Positions 8,727 through 19,431 of a stretch of DNA of 40,587 nucleotides are shown here, piece by piece. The stretch lies in the IMG/VR virus record IMGVR_UViG_2563366988_000007, positions 1-40,587 of that record; one strand, given 5' to 3'. This stretch comes from a virus. Its lineage: Duplodnaviria; Heunggongvirae; Uroviricota; Caudoviricetes. Every line of letters begins with the position of its first letter. Positions within the stretch are counted from its first letter, which is position 1. Under the pieces are notes generated by a model. The model saw only the letters and a program-made list of their open reading frames with translations, was not told the origin of the DNA and made no database searches. The translations under genes were made by a program, and so were the position numbers.

Positions 8727-8797
8727 TGGACGAAACAAAAGTCAGTGCTACACTCATTGACGCCACATTGAGGTGGCTTATAGATGGAAATTTCACA

Positions 8798-8959
8798 ATG
8801 AAAAAAGCATTTGCTGCACTGTTCGTTTTGTTGTCTCTGGTAGCTTCAACTCAGGCCTTTGCCGGTCGTTGTCAGCACGACAGCGACACTGCTGCTGACG
8901 GCTCCCGCTGCGGTGGGCGTTCTGCGGACTCCCGTCCGGGCGGCGGTGGCATTCGTTAA
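8798..8959 (+). CDS. Small secreted peptide (signal peptide plus about 30-aa Cys-containing mature part)
   Basis: MKKAFAALFVLLSLVASTQAFA signal; weak SD; inner ATG of ORF 8726-8959. Confidence 0.35.
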   Translation: MKKAFAALFVLLSLVASTQAFAGRCQHDSDTAADGSRCGGRSADSRPGGGGIR

Positions 8960-8981
8960 AAACAAGGCCGCGAAAGCGGCC
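8955..8981 (-). terminator. Intrinsic terminator for minus-strand virion operon (ggccgc-tttc-gcggcc then ttgttttt)
   Basis: Hairpin with T-tract on minus strand immediately after last minus-strand ORF. Confidence 0.45.
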
Positions 8982-8982
8982 T

Positions 8983-8994
8983 GTGACATGTCAC
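8983..8994. repeat. 12-bp perfect palindrome GTGACATGTCAC (copy 1 of 3)
   Basis: Exact palindrome; also at 26219 and 28670. Confidence 0.6.
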
Positions 8995-9001
8995 GCTCAC
9001 G

Positions 9002-9142
9002 TTATGACAAGCCTATGTACCCTGCTACGCCAGATAATATCATAATAACTGCAACAGCAAATTCGCCATCGTCAATGATACATTTACGGTTCATAACGCC
9101 AAGTGCAACAAGCGCAAACACAACAAGAATAAAAGCAATCAT
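9002..9142 (-). CDS. Small hydrophobic two-TM protein (46 aa), not in ORF track
   Basis: ATG 10 nt after stop of 9152-11626 gene; translation MIAFILVVFALVALGVMNRKCIIDDGEFAVAVIIMILSGVAGYIGLS. Confidence 0.3.
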   Translation of the reverse strand: MIAFILVVFALVALGVMNRKCIIDDGEFAVAVIMILSGVAGYIGLS

Positions 9143-9151
9143 TTCTCATCC

Positions 9152-11626
9152 TTATTGCGGAGTGACATCCTGTGGTCGCCACCAGTATGTCTGGTTAAAC
9201 TCTTTCTTCGAACGTTGCTCCATTTTACGCAAATAACCTGGTGAAAAATACTCCTGCATCTGGTTAAAGATCATGTGATCGAGAGCCGCCTTCAAGTACC
9301 AGAGATTCGCACCTGGCATCAAACCTTTCCCCAGCTTCACCAGATCACCACCAGTCTGCTCACTCTTCCCTTCCACAGCATTTAACGGTATGCCCTGAGC
9401 AATCTTCACTACGTCATCAACCAGACCAGCTACCGGGCCAAGCATCGACGCCAGCGCGCCGCTTCCGTACCTAGTGTGATCTGACAATAAAAAGTCACCG
9501 TAAAGGCCAAGGCCACCACCTTTCAGTAGAGCACCAAGCCAGAATTTTGCGGCACCTTCTCCTGTCATCTCTCGAGGATTACGACCAGACGCAAGGTCGT
9601 TAAGTTGCTGCGACAAAGCGCCAAGAATGGTCGTACTGGCAATAAACGTCGCAATATATGCCGCACGCCCACCAGCAGACGGCATACCCATAGCGCGTGA
9701 CCAGTGACGCATAACAACCGAGATAGGGAACGATTTAAACAGGAAAACACTTCTCGTTAATTCACCTTTCCATGTTCCACGCTGAATACCAGAACCGGTT
9801 ATCAGTTGCTCACGTGCTCCCGGTGTAATAACAGCCATATCAACTTCTTCAGTTACGGCACCGAGCAGTTTACGCATTGCCTCAAATTTCACGCGTTCAG
9901 GCTCACCAAGATGTTTAACTGCTGAATCAGGGATACGCATAATGCTTTCCGGTGTCAGCATCGTATTATTACCGTTCCCCCAGTCCTCCTGTTTCGCCAG
10001 CTTCCATACGCTCCAGTCTGTGTCAGTAATCCCTTTGCTTTTCAGGATACGAAAATCAGAGTCATCGAGGCTACGAAGGTCTGGTGTCCGTGACACTACT
10101 TCTCCCAGGCTTCCCATCATGGTTACGCCATAGGCGCGCTTGTGCGCATCTGACCATGCTGTAAGCCCACTGGCACGCATTACCGCCGTTGCCGCCCAAC
10201 GAGACACTGACGGCCCCATATTATCCATCGCCCAGCGGTTAACGCTGCCAAGTAGAGATTCCATCGCCAGACCAGCGCGGCGCGCCCGCGCAAGTTCTGT
10301 ACGGTTCGTTGGGTCCATAGCTTCAAGCTGGTTGCGGAATAACTGGTTCATTGGAAGGTTGGTAACCTTCGCAGACAGATACATGGTTCCAAGATCAGAG
10401 AACGATGACAGCAACGCGGATCCGAGTCTGCTGGCAACCAGCCAGTTGCGGATATTGTCAGACCATCGCGCGATGTGCGGATTCGCTACAGGCTGTGTCT
10501 TTCCGGAAATAAAGTTGTACAGATTCTCTGTGTTGTTCGCCAGCCGCTCGACTTTACCGGTTTTACTCGGGTTAGCTGTTGCCGTTTCTGCCTTCACCTG
10601 ATCAAGAAGAGAGCGGAAAACATGATCGGGGTTTGGGCCATATGTTTCCACCAGTGCAATATCTTTACTGATACCTTCCAGGTGACCGACCATGATTTCC
10701 CATAGAGAGCGATCGCCATAAAGTTGCTGATATTGCAGATAGGAATCTGCATCTTTGAAATGTATCTGTCGTGATGCATTACCACGGTTAGCACGTGCGC
10801 CGGAAATTCGCATTCCGGTATCAGTAAGCTTATTCAGCCCACCAGTAGCGATCGTGTTATAAGCCTCTCCAAGAAATGAAGACAACTCGGCATCGTTCAT
10901 CAGTTGTCCATCGGCTCGGATATAATATTTGCGATCCAGCTTACCTATAACATCGCTAACCCACTTATCCTTTGATACTGCCCCAACCTTTTCCATAGAA
11001 TGATGTTGAGGGATCCCCCAGTTTTCGAGATAGCCAATGTCCCCACCAGCATCATTAAACCGGCGGCGCAGCAGCTCTGTAACTTCTCTCCACGCCTTAG
11101 CACCGTTTCTTGCTTTAGCATTGCCAGTATTTTGCCCCCGCATTTCATATACCAGGTCACGTACGCCCGCTTCATCTTCAAACAGACCAAAAAAGCGAGG
11201 ATCAACTGCTTCGAATGCCTCCTGCAATTGACTCAATGCATAATCACGGGTGGCTTTTGTTCTGGATTCAACAGAGAGGAAATTAGATTTACCGTCTGCA
11301 TTAAAAGCTATAGTACGGTTAAGAGCGCCAAGTTTCCCATCAGCCCCTTGATAGCTATTGATAAATTTATCCAATCTCTGACGCGCGGCTATAGTGAGAG
11401 CCACACGACGTTTCTTTAATGCCGCTTCTCGCTGTAATTCTTCAGATGCCAATTGTGCTGCTCGATATAGCCGCTCTGATTCGGAAAGTTGTCTCCACGA
11501 CATCGGGTCATCACGAGCAATGGAGCGCATATTTCGATAAATGCGGTCTTCAATGTTCTGTATTTCTCGCGCCGTTAACGTGCGCTGCGCCGCCTGCTGG
11601 ACCGCTTGTATACATTCCTGTCTCAT
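9152..11626 (-). CDS. Large internal virion/ejection protein
   Basis: 824-aa ORF in virion operon, T7 gp15/16-like position. Confidence 0.55.
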   Translation of the reverse strand: MRQECIQAVQQAAQRTLTAREIQNIEDRIYRNMRSIARDDPMSWRQLSESERLYRAAQLASEELQREAALKKRRVALTIAARQRLDKFINSYQGADGKLGALNRTIAFNADGKSNFLSVESRTKATRDYALSQLQEAFEAVDPRFFGLFEDEAGVRDLVYEMRGQNTGNAKARNGAKAWREVTELLRRRFNDAGGDIGYLENWGIPQHHSMEKVGAVSKDKWVSDVIGKLDRKYYIRADGQLMNDAELSSFLGEAYNTIATGGLNKLTDTGMRISGARANRGNASRQIHFKDADSYLQYQQLYGDRSLWEIMVGHLEGISKDIALVETYGPNPDHVFRSLLDQVKAETATANPSKTGKVERLANNTENLYNFISGKTQPVANPHIARWSDNIRNWLVASRLGSALLSSFSDLGTMYLSAKVTNLPMNQLFRNQLEAMDPTNRTELARARRAGLAMESLLGSVNRWAMDNMGPSVSRWAATAVMRASGLTAWSDAHKRAYGVTMMGSLGEVVSRTPDLRSLDDSDFRILKSKGITDTDWSVWKLAKQEDWGNGNNTMLTPESIMRIPDSAVKHLGEPERVKFEAMRKLLGAVTEEVDMAVITPGAREQLITGSGIQRGTWKGELTRSVFLFKSFPISVVMRHWSRAMGMPSAGGRAAYIATFIASTTILGALSQQLNDLASGRNPREMTGEGAAKFWLGALLKGGGLGLYGDFLLSDHTRYGSGALASMLGPVAGLVDDVVKIAQGIPLNAVEGKSEQTGGDLVKLGKGLMPGANLWYLKAALDHMIFNQMQEYFSPGYLRKMEQRSKKEFNQTYWWRPQDVTPQ

Positions 11627-11631
11627 TTAAT

Positions 11632-13434
11632 TTAACCTCTCAAGAAACACGCCACAGCGACATCAAACAGGCTGGAATCCTGTATTGCCTGCTCACTTTC
11701 CCTGTTCGCTTCATCCAGTACTTCACGCGCGCTGCGCGATTGTGGATTACCATCATCATCCAGCACGGTGATTATCATGTCCGGATATTCAAGCAGCGAG
11801 TCTTCAGCTATACGCAGATCAATATCTCCTGCCGGATCTGCCATCATTTTTTGTTCTGTCTGTTGCAATATCTTACCGGGCTCAAAAGGAGCTACTTCGT
11901 CTGGCGTCCTGACCTCTGCTGTTTTATAGAATGAAACAGCCTGAGCATTAAGTTCACTTTCTGCCTGCTGTCTCCGAGCCAGTTCTGCTCGAGCTTCAAA
12001 AAACTGACCGCCAGGCTCATGCGGTGCCAACGCGTTACGGGAAAATTCCAGGCGTTCTTGTGCCTGCCGGATTCGTTGGTCAATATCCCGAAGTCTGGCC
12101 TGTTTATCTGATCGAGCACGAGACAAAGCTTTACCGCTACCGGCTGGATCTTCTGCAAGAATTTGTGCGCGCTGTTCAGTGAGATTTTCAATAATTCGTT
12201 GGCTATTAGCGATTTCAGACTGGTAAACCTGTCTATCGCCACGCGGCAAAAGCTGCGCGGCCTGTTCTTCAAGCAACCGATTTTCTATAGCGCGCGCCGT
12301 TACTCCATCATCTACAGATGACAGAGCCTCATTAACTGCCTGAGACAGCAGACTCTTGCGTCCAGGAATTTCACTGAAAGATGCAGACTCAACAATGCTG
12401 GCAACGTCTACAGGTCTCCCCTGGCTAACATCAGACATGGCTTTTCGCAGAGCCTGAATGTGCGAATTACGCGAAAGCACGTTGATCGGCACGCCGGGAG
12501 CAATATCAATTTCAGCATGATGAGCGGCATTCGCCGCCAGTGCAGCATCGATATCAACTGGTGAAAAATTTGGTGCGCTTGTAGACTCGCCGCGAGAGTT
12601 AATAAATCTGCCGACACCACCAAACGCCACCCCAAGAACAGCATCAATAGCAATTGCCTGTCGATCCAACACATCATACTGGTTAGCCATTTCGCTATAG
12701 CCACCATCACGAAGCGTTTTTGCAGTAAGCCCACGCTGTGCCATACCGAACGCAATATTTGTACCTGCGGCATAGGCAATATCTGGCGTTGCACGTACTG
12801 CTGTTGCTGCGGCGCGTCGCACTGAACTTTCACCCGTCCGCGCAAGCTGAGCCGCCACACCTTCCGCCAGCGCACCACCAGCACGTAACCCGAGGCTCAT
12901 AGGGATCAGTGTTCCGGCACCAGCAGTAATACCCTGCACTAATCCCGCTTCCTGCGCCGTCCTGAAATCAACACCCTGTGCTGTAAGCCGTTCAAACTCA
13001 GAAAAACCCTGTAGAGAAGTTACCGCCGCAGCACCTCCGACCGGACCACCGAGCGTTGTACCGACAACAGCCTGCCCGCCCATATCGAACAACCCATAAA
13101 GGACCTGCCCGGCGGTTCCGGTTGTCGCGGCATCAGGCGTCAGCCGCTTAACCTGCTGCTCTGCTAGTTTTCTCTGCTCAGCAATGTATGAAACTGAAGT
13201 GTCATTGATCGAGGTGTTTTCGTTAACAAACTGAGCAATCGGGGATACGATTTTATCCATCCCTGCCCATAGCAACTGATCTGGCTTTGCCACCAGCCCG
13301 GAGTACAAACCAGACAATGCCGCTCCTACAGCATTGTCGAAAAAACCAACATCGCTGTTAAAGCCAGCTGGATTTGATGCTGCTTCGTCAAGCTGCTGAT
13401 TCTGGTTTACTGGATTAAGGCCAAAGTAACTCAT
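11632..13434 (-). CDS. Internal virion/ejection protein
   Basis: 600-aa ORF, Gly/Ala-rich N-terminal half, position in virion operon. Confidence 0.55.
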   Translation of the reverse strand: MSYFGLNPVNQNQQLDEAASNPAGFNSDVGFFDNAVGAALSGLYSGLVAKPDQLLWAGMDKIVSPIAQFVNENTSINDTSVSYIAEQRKLAEQQVKRLTPDAATTGTAGQVLYGLFDMGGQAVVGTTLGGPVGGAAAVTSLQGFSEFERLTAQGVDFRTAQEAGLVQGITAGAGTLIPMSLGLRAGGALAEGVAAQLARTGESSVRRAAATAVRATPDIAYAAGTNIAFGMAQRGLTAKTLRDGGYSEMANQYDVLDRQAIAIDAVLGVAFGGVGRFINSRGESTSAPNFSPVDIDAALAANAAHHAEIDIAPGVPINVLSRNSHIQALRKAMSDVSQGRPVDVASIVESASFSEIPGRKSLLSQAVNEALSSVDDGVTARAIENRLLEEQAAQLLPRGDRQVYQSEIANSQRIIENLTEQRAQILAEDPAGSGKALSRARSDKQARLRDIDQRIRQAQERLEFSRNALAPHEPGGQFFEARAELARRQQAESELNAQAVSFYKTAEVRTPDEVAPFEPGKILQQTEQKMMADPAGDIDLRIAEDSLLEYPDMIITVLDDDGNPQSRSAREVLDEANRESEQAIQDSSLFDVAVACFLRG

Positions 13435-15944
13435 TGCGGAATATCTCCGGAGAATCTCTGACGCTTCTGTGTCAGATTAAGAACAACGGGAGAACCATCA
13501 TCTTTCAGCAGATAACCAGTACCAAGTTTAACCAGGTACTGACTATCGCCGTAACTTTGCAAACCATACTGACCAGGCGGTGTTTTTATCCCGGAGCCGA
13601 CAACTTGTTCATTCCAAGCCTGATTAACCTGCTTATCGAATTGCTCTGCAGACATTCCCCACGGCAAAAGGACATTCCCCATTCCGTTATAGTCATGCAC
13701 GCCACCTGTAGCTACGTTAACAGCCTGTTTCCAGACATCATTGTCAATTTCGCCTGATACCACGCCTTTTTTCGCCATCACACCAGCGTAATAATCCTTT
13801 GCGATCTCGTATGCCATTGATGCGCCCTGAGCGTCACCAGCAAATGCATCCTTCACCATGTCAGAAAACTCAAGGCGAAGATCAGCATCTTTAGGCATCG
13901 GAATACCTTTCGCATCATCAGTACCTTTACGAGCCGCCGCGCCAGCAAGAATTGTCTGCGCAGCGGTTTCAGGAGACACGGAAACATCCGGATTAAACCA
14001 GTTTTTTTCTGCCAAAATACCACCAGGCTTATCCATCAGTATCCCGGCAACGGCAGCAGATGGAGCGTTGGCACTGATCTGCTGTAGTGCTGACATATAC
14101 ACCTGCCCACCACCAGTGCTCTGCCTGATGGTATCGAGATATGCTGCCTGTTGGGAAACTGGAGCATCACGAAAGAAAACACCGATCTGATTGGCCTCGT
14201 CTTTGGAAAAGAACGTCAGTGGAGTGCCATATGACTTAGCAAGGTCACTGACCTGAGCGGCACGCAAGGCAACGCTCTGTCCAAAGTTATCCTTATTGCT
14301 CATGTCGATAGGCTTTGCCTGTCCGGAGGCAAGAGAGAACTGCACAGGATCCGACTGCCGCTGCTTTATCACCTGATTTGCAGCCGAAACAACGTTGTCA
14401 TAAAGAGTTGCGCGTGCCGCATACCCCTCCCCTGTATCACCAGTATCCGGGCGTAATTGCTCAACATATGCTGTAATGCTGCTTGTCGGCATGTTGCGGA
14501 AAGAGCCTATATACTGTCCGGCGATCTGCGTATTCTTAAACTCGGTATATCGCAGGTTTCCTTCTCTGACTCCATAAGCTGCAATAAAATCATCCTCACC
14601 AGGTGGGTTAGGAAATTCAATGCCACGCATATACGCAGCCGTCGCATCGCGAACCCGGCTGTCGAGCATCGTTTTATATTCAGCCTGCTGTTGTCTGGCT
14701 AGTGCATCAGTCTGTCGCAACACGCTGGCCTGATCTGATTCACTTAAAGCATCGAACCAGGCTATACCGGTATAACGTTTATTTTTTGTCGGTAGCTGAG
14801 AAAGCCCCAGCGCAGCACTAACACCTGCAGTTAACTGCTGATCACTGTATGGCTGGCTACCGTTTTCATGATGGATAATGGCTGCACAAAGCGCCTTCAG
14901 GGTATCAGGATTTGATGCATCGAGAGGCTCATCAGCAGAAACGCCAAGTTGTTCGCACACTGCTTTGATATACGACATAGTGTCATTTTTATCAGTAGGC
15001 GGTGCCCAGCGATTAATTATCTCGCTGACGGTATCAATACCCTGCCGCTGATACGACATCAGGTTCCGCCCTAATGCACGAATACCGTGTTCAGGGGTTT
15101 CGAATTTGGCAAAGCGACCATCATCACCAGTCTGCCCAACCCACGGATTAGTTTTGCTGTATTCAAGATTGCCGGGGTTATTGTTGCGTATACCGCGGGT
15201 ACGATCGGAAGAGCCACTATCTGCTACAGCACGGCGATAACCAGCAGCAGTATCGCTTAACTCGCCGTTTTGCTGTCTTACCTGAAGATAGTTTGCTCCA
15301 ATAGCATTTTGAGCAGTTGCTTTTGCTGTTGCTTCTTTAAACTCGATTTTCTTGGCCTGGATTTGCTCGTCGCTCCAGCCATGCGCAATGCCGTAATCCT
15401 CAATTTGCTGGAAAGTTTGCTTATTAGCCAATACGTATGCGGCGTTGTCGCCATACAATGCTGCGGCATTTTTACCATTGTTCAGCAGCGTAGCCTGAAA
15501 CTGGCCTTCTTCGTAGGCATTTATTTGCCCTATCTCGTGCCGCCCGGCCTGCGTAGTGAACTGAATACGCTGCTGCTGCGCCTGCTGCATGAAAGCATTA
15601 CGAGCCTGTTCATCTGGCAGCGACATAGCCAGTTGTTCGACCTGAGCATCAAACTGCTGCGTATACTCCTGGCCTTTTCCAATAGCATTTTTCCCTTTCA
15701 GGTTAAGCAAACCTGTTTCAGGGTTATTCAGCAGATCGCTGCTTATCTGGCTTAAGCTAAGAGAAGCATCCTGAGCCATAGCAACATTCGCACGCTGTTT
15801 TGCCTGCGCAATAATACCTGCATATTGCTCTGCAACATCGCCAAGTACATCACCGACATTTGGTGTCTGAAACGATGAGAATCCCTGCGTCGAAATCCCT
15901 CTGCTCTGAACCTGACGGCCCGATGTTGTTGGTACAACTGGCAT
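13431..15944 (-). CDS. Internal virion protein with possible cell-wall-hydrolase domain
   Basis: 837-aa ORF; motif RGIRNNNPGNLEY...FETPEHGIRA resembling virion-associated peptidoglycan-acting domains (recollection, unverified). Confidence 0.55.
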   Translation of the reverse strand: MPVVPTTSGRQVQSRGISTQGFSSFQTPNVGDVLGDVAEQYAGIIAQAKQRANVAMAQDASLSLSQISSDLLNNPETGLLNLKGKNAIGKGQEYTQQFDAQVEQLAMSLPDEQARNAFMQQAQQQRIQFTTQAGRHEIGQINAYEEGQFQATLLNNGKNAAALYGDNAAYVLANKQTFQQIEDYGIAHGWSDEQIQAKKIEFKEATAKATAQNAIGANYLQVRQQNGELSDTAAGYRRAVADSGSSDRTRGIRNNNPGNLEYSKTNPWVGQTGDDGRFAKFETPEHGIRALGRNLMSYQRQGIDTVSEIINRWAPPTDKNDTMSYIKAVCEQLGVSADEPLDASNPDTLKALCAAIIHHENGSQPYSDQQLTAGVSAALGLSQLPTKNKRYTGIAWFDALSESDQASVLRQTDALARQQQAEYKTMLDSRVRDATAAYMRGIEFPNPPGEDDFIAAYGVREGNLRYTEFKNTQIAGQYIGSFRNMPTSSITAYVEQLRPDTGDTGEGYAARATLYDNVVSAANQVIKQRQSDPVQFSLASGQAKPIDMSNKDNFGQSVALRAAQVSDLAKSYGTPLTFFSKDEANQIGVFFRDAPVSQQAAYLDTIRQSTGGGQVYMSALQQISANAPSAAVAGILMDKPGGILAEKNWFNPDVSVSPETAAQTILAGAAARKGTDDAKGIPMPKDADLRLEFSDMVKDAFAGDAQGASMAYEIAKDYYAGVMAKKGVVSGEIDNDVWKQAVNVATGGVHDYNGMGNVLLPWGMSAEQFDKQVNQAWNEQVVGSGIKTPPGQYGLQSYGDSQYLVKLGTGYLLKDDGSPVVLNLTQKRQRFSGDIPQ

Positions 15945-15956
15945 CTTATTATCCCC

Positions 15957-16496
15957 TTATCGACCGGTTGGAGTGCCAACAGCAGCAGAAATCGGCGCAG
16001 CCTTCTGAGAGAACGGGCTCCACGTTCCGCCGCCCATCTGGTATGCACCGTATGCTTTTAGGGGTGCCGTTAACAAAGTGCTGGTCATCGATGATTTAGC
16101 AGCCGACTGAGCAGCAGCCCCCTGTGCCTGAGCATTCATTCCCTGAACCTGATACCCATATGCCTCACGCTGAGCATTATTCACTGTCGTTAACGCATCA
16201 AGAGTGCCGAACTGAGCATTATCCGCAAAAACATCAAGAGCTGTTCCACTACTTAATTCCGCACCGGTAGCCCCCATAGTGGCCGCCGCAGTGCCTGAGC
16301 GTTGACGCATTTCACGACGACGCTGATCCGCTTCAATATTCCCACGATTGATTGAATCCTGTGCCTGGGCTTCAGCAATCTCAGCATTCCGATCAGCTAC
16401 GGCTGACTGGTATCTTGCCTGCTTGCTCTGGCTGTACATTGATGCGGCTGTGGATGCCACTGTGACTGCAACCAAAGCGATGGCTGGGTTACACAT
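15957..16496 (-). CDS. Internal virion protein (small, Ala/Gln-rich)
   Basis: 179-aa ORF in conserved position after tail tube genes. Confidence 0.45.
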   Translation of the reverse strand: MCNPAIALVAVTVASTAASMYSQSKQARYQSAVADRNAEIAEAQAQDSINRGNIEADQRRREMRQRSGTAAATMGATGAELSSGTALDVFADNAQFGTLDALTTVNNAQREAYGYQVQGMNAQAQGAAAQSAAKSSMTSTLLTAPLKAYGAYQMGGGTWSPFSQKAAPISAAVGTPTGR

Positions 16497-16960
16497 TATT
16501 TTCTCTCCATGTGAAATCTGTGGAAATTAAGACCAAGAGCACCATAAGGCGCGGCTTCTTCAAGCCTGAATCCAAGCCAGTGCAGCCATGCTTTGGCAAC
16601 ATGGTTTCGCTCGTCGACGTAGTTTTCCAGGCGCGGATAAACTGCCAGCATCTGCTGCAATACAGGGCGGCAGTGGCGAAGAAATGTCTTCTGATATTTT
16701 TCGATACGGCTGGTTCCGACCAGCCAGGGCGTACCATTGCCACCGATCATTGACGCCGGAGATACGCCAAATATGGTTACCAGTTCTCCGTTCGCAAATC
16801 CTGACCAGGCCATAGTCGCAGTACGCAGACCAACACGCAGCGCATCTTCGGTAGTCATCAGTGATACCGCATACAGTTCGTCAATATCAGCCTGACGAAC
16901 ATCCGGCAAAATCATCTGAAGATGCTCTTCGGTTGCGGGAATAATTTGAACATCTATCAT
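16496..16960 (-). CDS. Virion-associated protein, unknown function
   Basis: 154-aa ORF, coupled start/stop with neighbours. Confidence 0.45.
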   Translation of the reverse strand: MIDVQIIPATEEHLQMILPDVRQADIDELYAVSLMTTEDALRVGLRTATMAWSGFANGELVTIFGVSPASMIGGNGTPWLVGTSRIEKYQKTFLRHCRPVLQQMLAVYPRLENYVDERNHVAKAWLHWLGFRLEEAAPYGALGLNFHRFHMERK

Positions 16961-19431
16961 CAGAATCCCCCAACAGTAAGGCGAGGAATAACGGCAAGAA
17001 CAGACAGCGGCAACGGGTCAAGCTGACGGATTTTTACACGTCCGTTTTTGCCCCAGTTACTGTCCAGTTTCACTTCTACTTTTCCGGTAGCATCATCAAC
17101 AGGATCATCGTAGAACTCGAATTCACGCTGTGGATATTCGTACCATTTACCGCCGGGCGTAGTCGCCCAGATGCCGCGACTGGCATTCACAACCAGAGTA
17201 ACGGAGGGGATCACCTGTTTTTTGTCCAGCAGCGTTTCCTGTCCGTTAATGTTGATATCCAGTGTTTCGAATTCAGCAGTTATTGGCAGGCCGATGTGCA
17301 CTACAGCCCCCGGAGATTCCAGCGTGACGGCACCTCCGGAAACCACTTTCTGTGGTTCCACGTTCGCATCAGAGAGAATGTTTACGGTCTGGCCTTCAAG
17401 ATGAGACAGGCCTCCAAATGTCCGGCGCGCCATCTGCCAGTTCGTGGTAGCCACATTCCTGAGGGATGGCGGGACGTTCCTGTTAGCACGAACCACTACA
17501 GCGGTATTGCTGGTTACAGAAATGATGTCGCAACGTAATTCTTTTGACACTTCATCGCCAGTATCAGGATCAGTTCCGGTATAAGGGAACTGTAGTTGAG
17601 CACCGATATCACTACTGGTGAAGTACGCACCACCAGAAACACTGATTGTATATTCCGCGCGGTAATCCCATTCGCCAGAACCACCAGTGATGGTCATCGT
17701 TCTGTCAGACGTATTTCTTCCATCATAGCTAAGGCCAGAATCAACAAAGAAAGCATCTTCATCGCTGGTAAATAAACGGCTGGACAGCCGCTCGATGTAT
17801 CTCACTGTTTGCCCGTTAACGGTTCGGTTAACGACGAAATACACCGCATCTTCATTGCCTTCGCTGATACTGCATGTGCTTTCATATTTTCCGGTACTGG
17901 ATTGTGGTGCCCATGCAAAAACCTGCTGATCACGCAAATAGGTCATCACCAGTAATTTACCGTCATCACGAATGCAGAAGGCACTGGAGTAAGGGACAAT
18001 CGAGAAGCACCAGTCAACAATGCTGTGCTTCTGAAAAAGATGATTGGCAAGGATGGTCAGGTCGTTCCCCTGATAGCCGTCAACATCGAATGAGTAGGCC
18101 AGATCACGGACAACGCTGCCTTTCTCCTGGACGAACAGAGCAATATTCGCCACGGCAATTGGCGGGACGTTGCTTGAGCCATTTGATCCCTGAGAGCTGA
18201 ATGCAAATGATGATGGGGTTAACACTTTGTTCTGGTCGCCGGTGATGACGTACTCACCTCCGGAAGTCAGCGCCACCAGCGAACCGACATCAATCAGGTG
18301 GCGGATCTCATTAACCTGACGCCCGGCATAGGTGTAGATAATTCTGTCGTCATCCTGCGTAGGATTGCTTTTGCCAAAATCCTTATAATCCCCGGTACGG
18401 CTGGCCCAGATAGTCTGAGGGAACGCAGTCGATGCGGCGAAGTAAAGACGTTGTTGATAATAAACAACAGTGCCAGGATAACCATTAACACTGTTCCAGG
18501 CATATTTAGCCCATTTATAGCTGGCATTATCCTCGCCAACGACCTGCGAAGGGATATAGGAAATCACCTCAGCAGTTGCAGTAGTGCCATTTGCAGCAGT
18601 GATACGGGCAATGCCAAAACCACTGTGCAGATACTCCCACTCAATGCCAGTATCATCATCACCGGATCCGCCCCAGCCATCCCATGATGTGCCTTCTGTA
18701 TGCGAAGGGCGCAAAGTACCTGTTTTGCCTGCTGTAACGGCGCGATAGTAGTTACTGTCTGCACGGCGAATATCGCCAATCGACGTACTCTTACTGGTTT
18801 CCCATACCGGCACAGAATCCACTGCAGGCTGTTCCAGATAGAACAATTTGCCTACCTGCTCCGCGCCAAAAATAGAGGCGCTTGCCGTTAACGTAATTGT
18901 CCCGGTGCTGGCGCTGGCATAAACCGTCACTGACTCGTCAATATTGATATCTTCAAATGGCCCGTTCTTCGTTACCACATCAACCAGTTGCCAGTTGTCA
19001 TGCGCATAGCGGCGCAACTCTTTCGGCGGGTATGCCGGATGAACCAGCGTAAGCACGTCTGCGCTTTGCGTGAATTTAATTCGGAACAGATCGGCTTCAG
19101 TATATGGCGTGGAAATTTCATAAATAACATTGCTGCTGTTCAGCACCAACGCACCATCTTTGATAACGCGCATGTACTGGTGTCCGAACTCCAGAGCATA
19201 AGTCTGAACCGTCGAGAACTGGAACGGGATCAGGCGGCATTTCCGATTTGGGTATTTGGCGGCACCGACAAAACGCGTACCAGGTCGATTCTCAACTCCG
19301 CCATACTGCCGCACGATAAAGTTATCGCACTTGCGCAATGCCACCTGGTACTTCGCCATGTCAATACGACCGTACAACGACGGTCCAATCTCACCACCGG
19401 CAAAGCTGGGCTGGATCCAACTGATAGCCAT
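16960..19431 (-). CDS. Tail tubular protein B-like (nozzle)
   Basis: 823-aa ORF following a roughly 200-aa partner, as T7 gp11/gp12 pair; size and order. Confidence 0.5.
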   Translation of the reverse strand: MAISWIQPSFAGGEIGPSLYGRIDMAKYQVALRKCDNFIVRQYGGVENRPGTRFVGAAKYPNRKCRLIPFQFSTVQTYALEFGHQYMRVIKDGALVLNSSNVIYEISTPYTEADLFRIKFTQSADVLTLVHPAYPPKELRRYAHDNWQLVDVVTKNGPFEDINIDESVTVYASASTGTITLTASASIFGAEQVGKLFYLEQPAVDSVPVWETSKSTSIGDIRRADSNYYRAVTAGKTGTLRPSHTEGTSWDGWGGSGDDDTGIEWEYLHSGFGIARITAANGTTATAEVISYIPSQVVGEDNASYKWAKYAWNSVNGYPGTVVYYQQRLYFAASTAFPQTIWASRTGDYKDFGKSNPTQDDDRIIYTYAGRQVNEIRHLIDVGSLVALTSGGEYVITGDQNKVLTPSSFAFSSQGSNGSSNVPPIAVANIALFVQEKGSVVRDLAYSFDVDGYQGNDLTILANHLFQKHSIVDWCFSIVPYSSAFCIRDDGKLLVMTYLRDQQVFAWAPQSSTGKYESTCSISEGNEDAVYFVVNRTVNGQTVRYIERLSSRLFTSDEDAFFVDSGLSYDGRNTSDRTMTITGGSGEWDYRAEYTISVSGGAYFTSSDIGAQLQFPYTGTDPDTGDEVSKELRCDIISVTSNTAVVVRANRNVPPSLRNVATTNWQMARRTFGGLSHLEGQTVNILSDANVEPQKVVSGGAVTLESPGAVVHIGLPITAEFETLDININGQETLLDKKQVIPSVTLVVNASRGIWATTPGGKWYEYPQREFEFYDDPVDDATGKVEVKLDSNWGKNGRVKIRQLDPLPLSVLAVIPRLTVGGF

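Noticed and set aside
11892-12884. Two minus-strand ORFs (126 and 158 aa) inside the 600-aa virion gene
   Set aside because: Alternative frames fully contained in a larger gene of the same strand, with no RBS.
13434-15755. Plus-strand ORFs 13434-13757, 13858-14190, 14457-14702 and 15270-15755
   Set aside because: All antisense to the 837-aa virion gene and Cys/Ser/Leu-rich; shadow ORFs.
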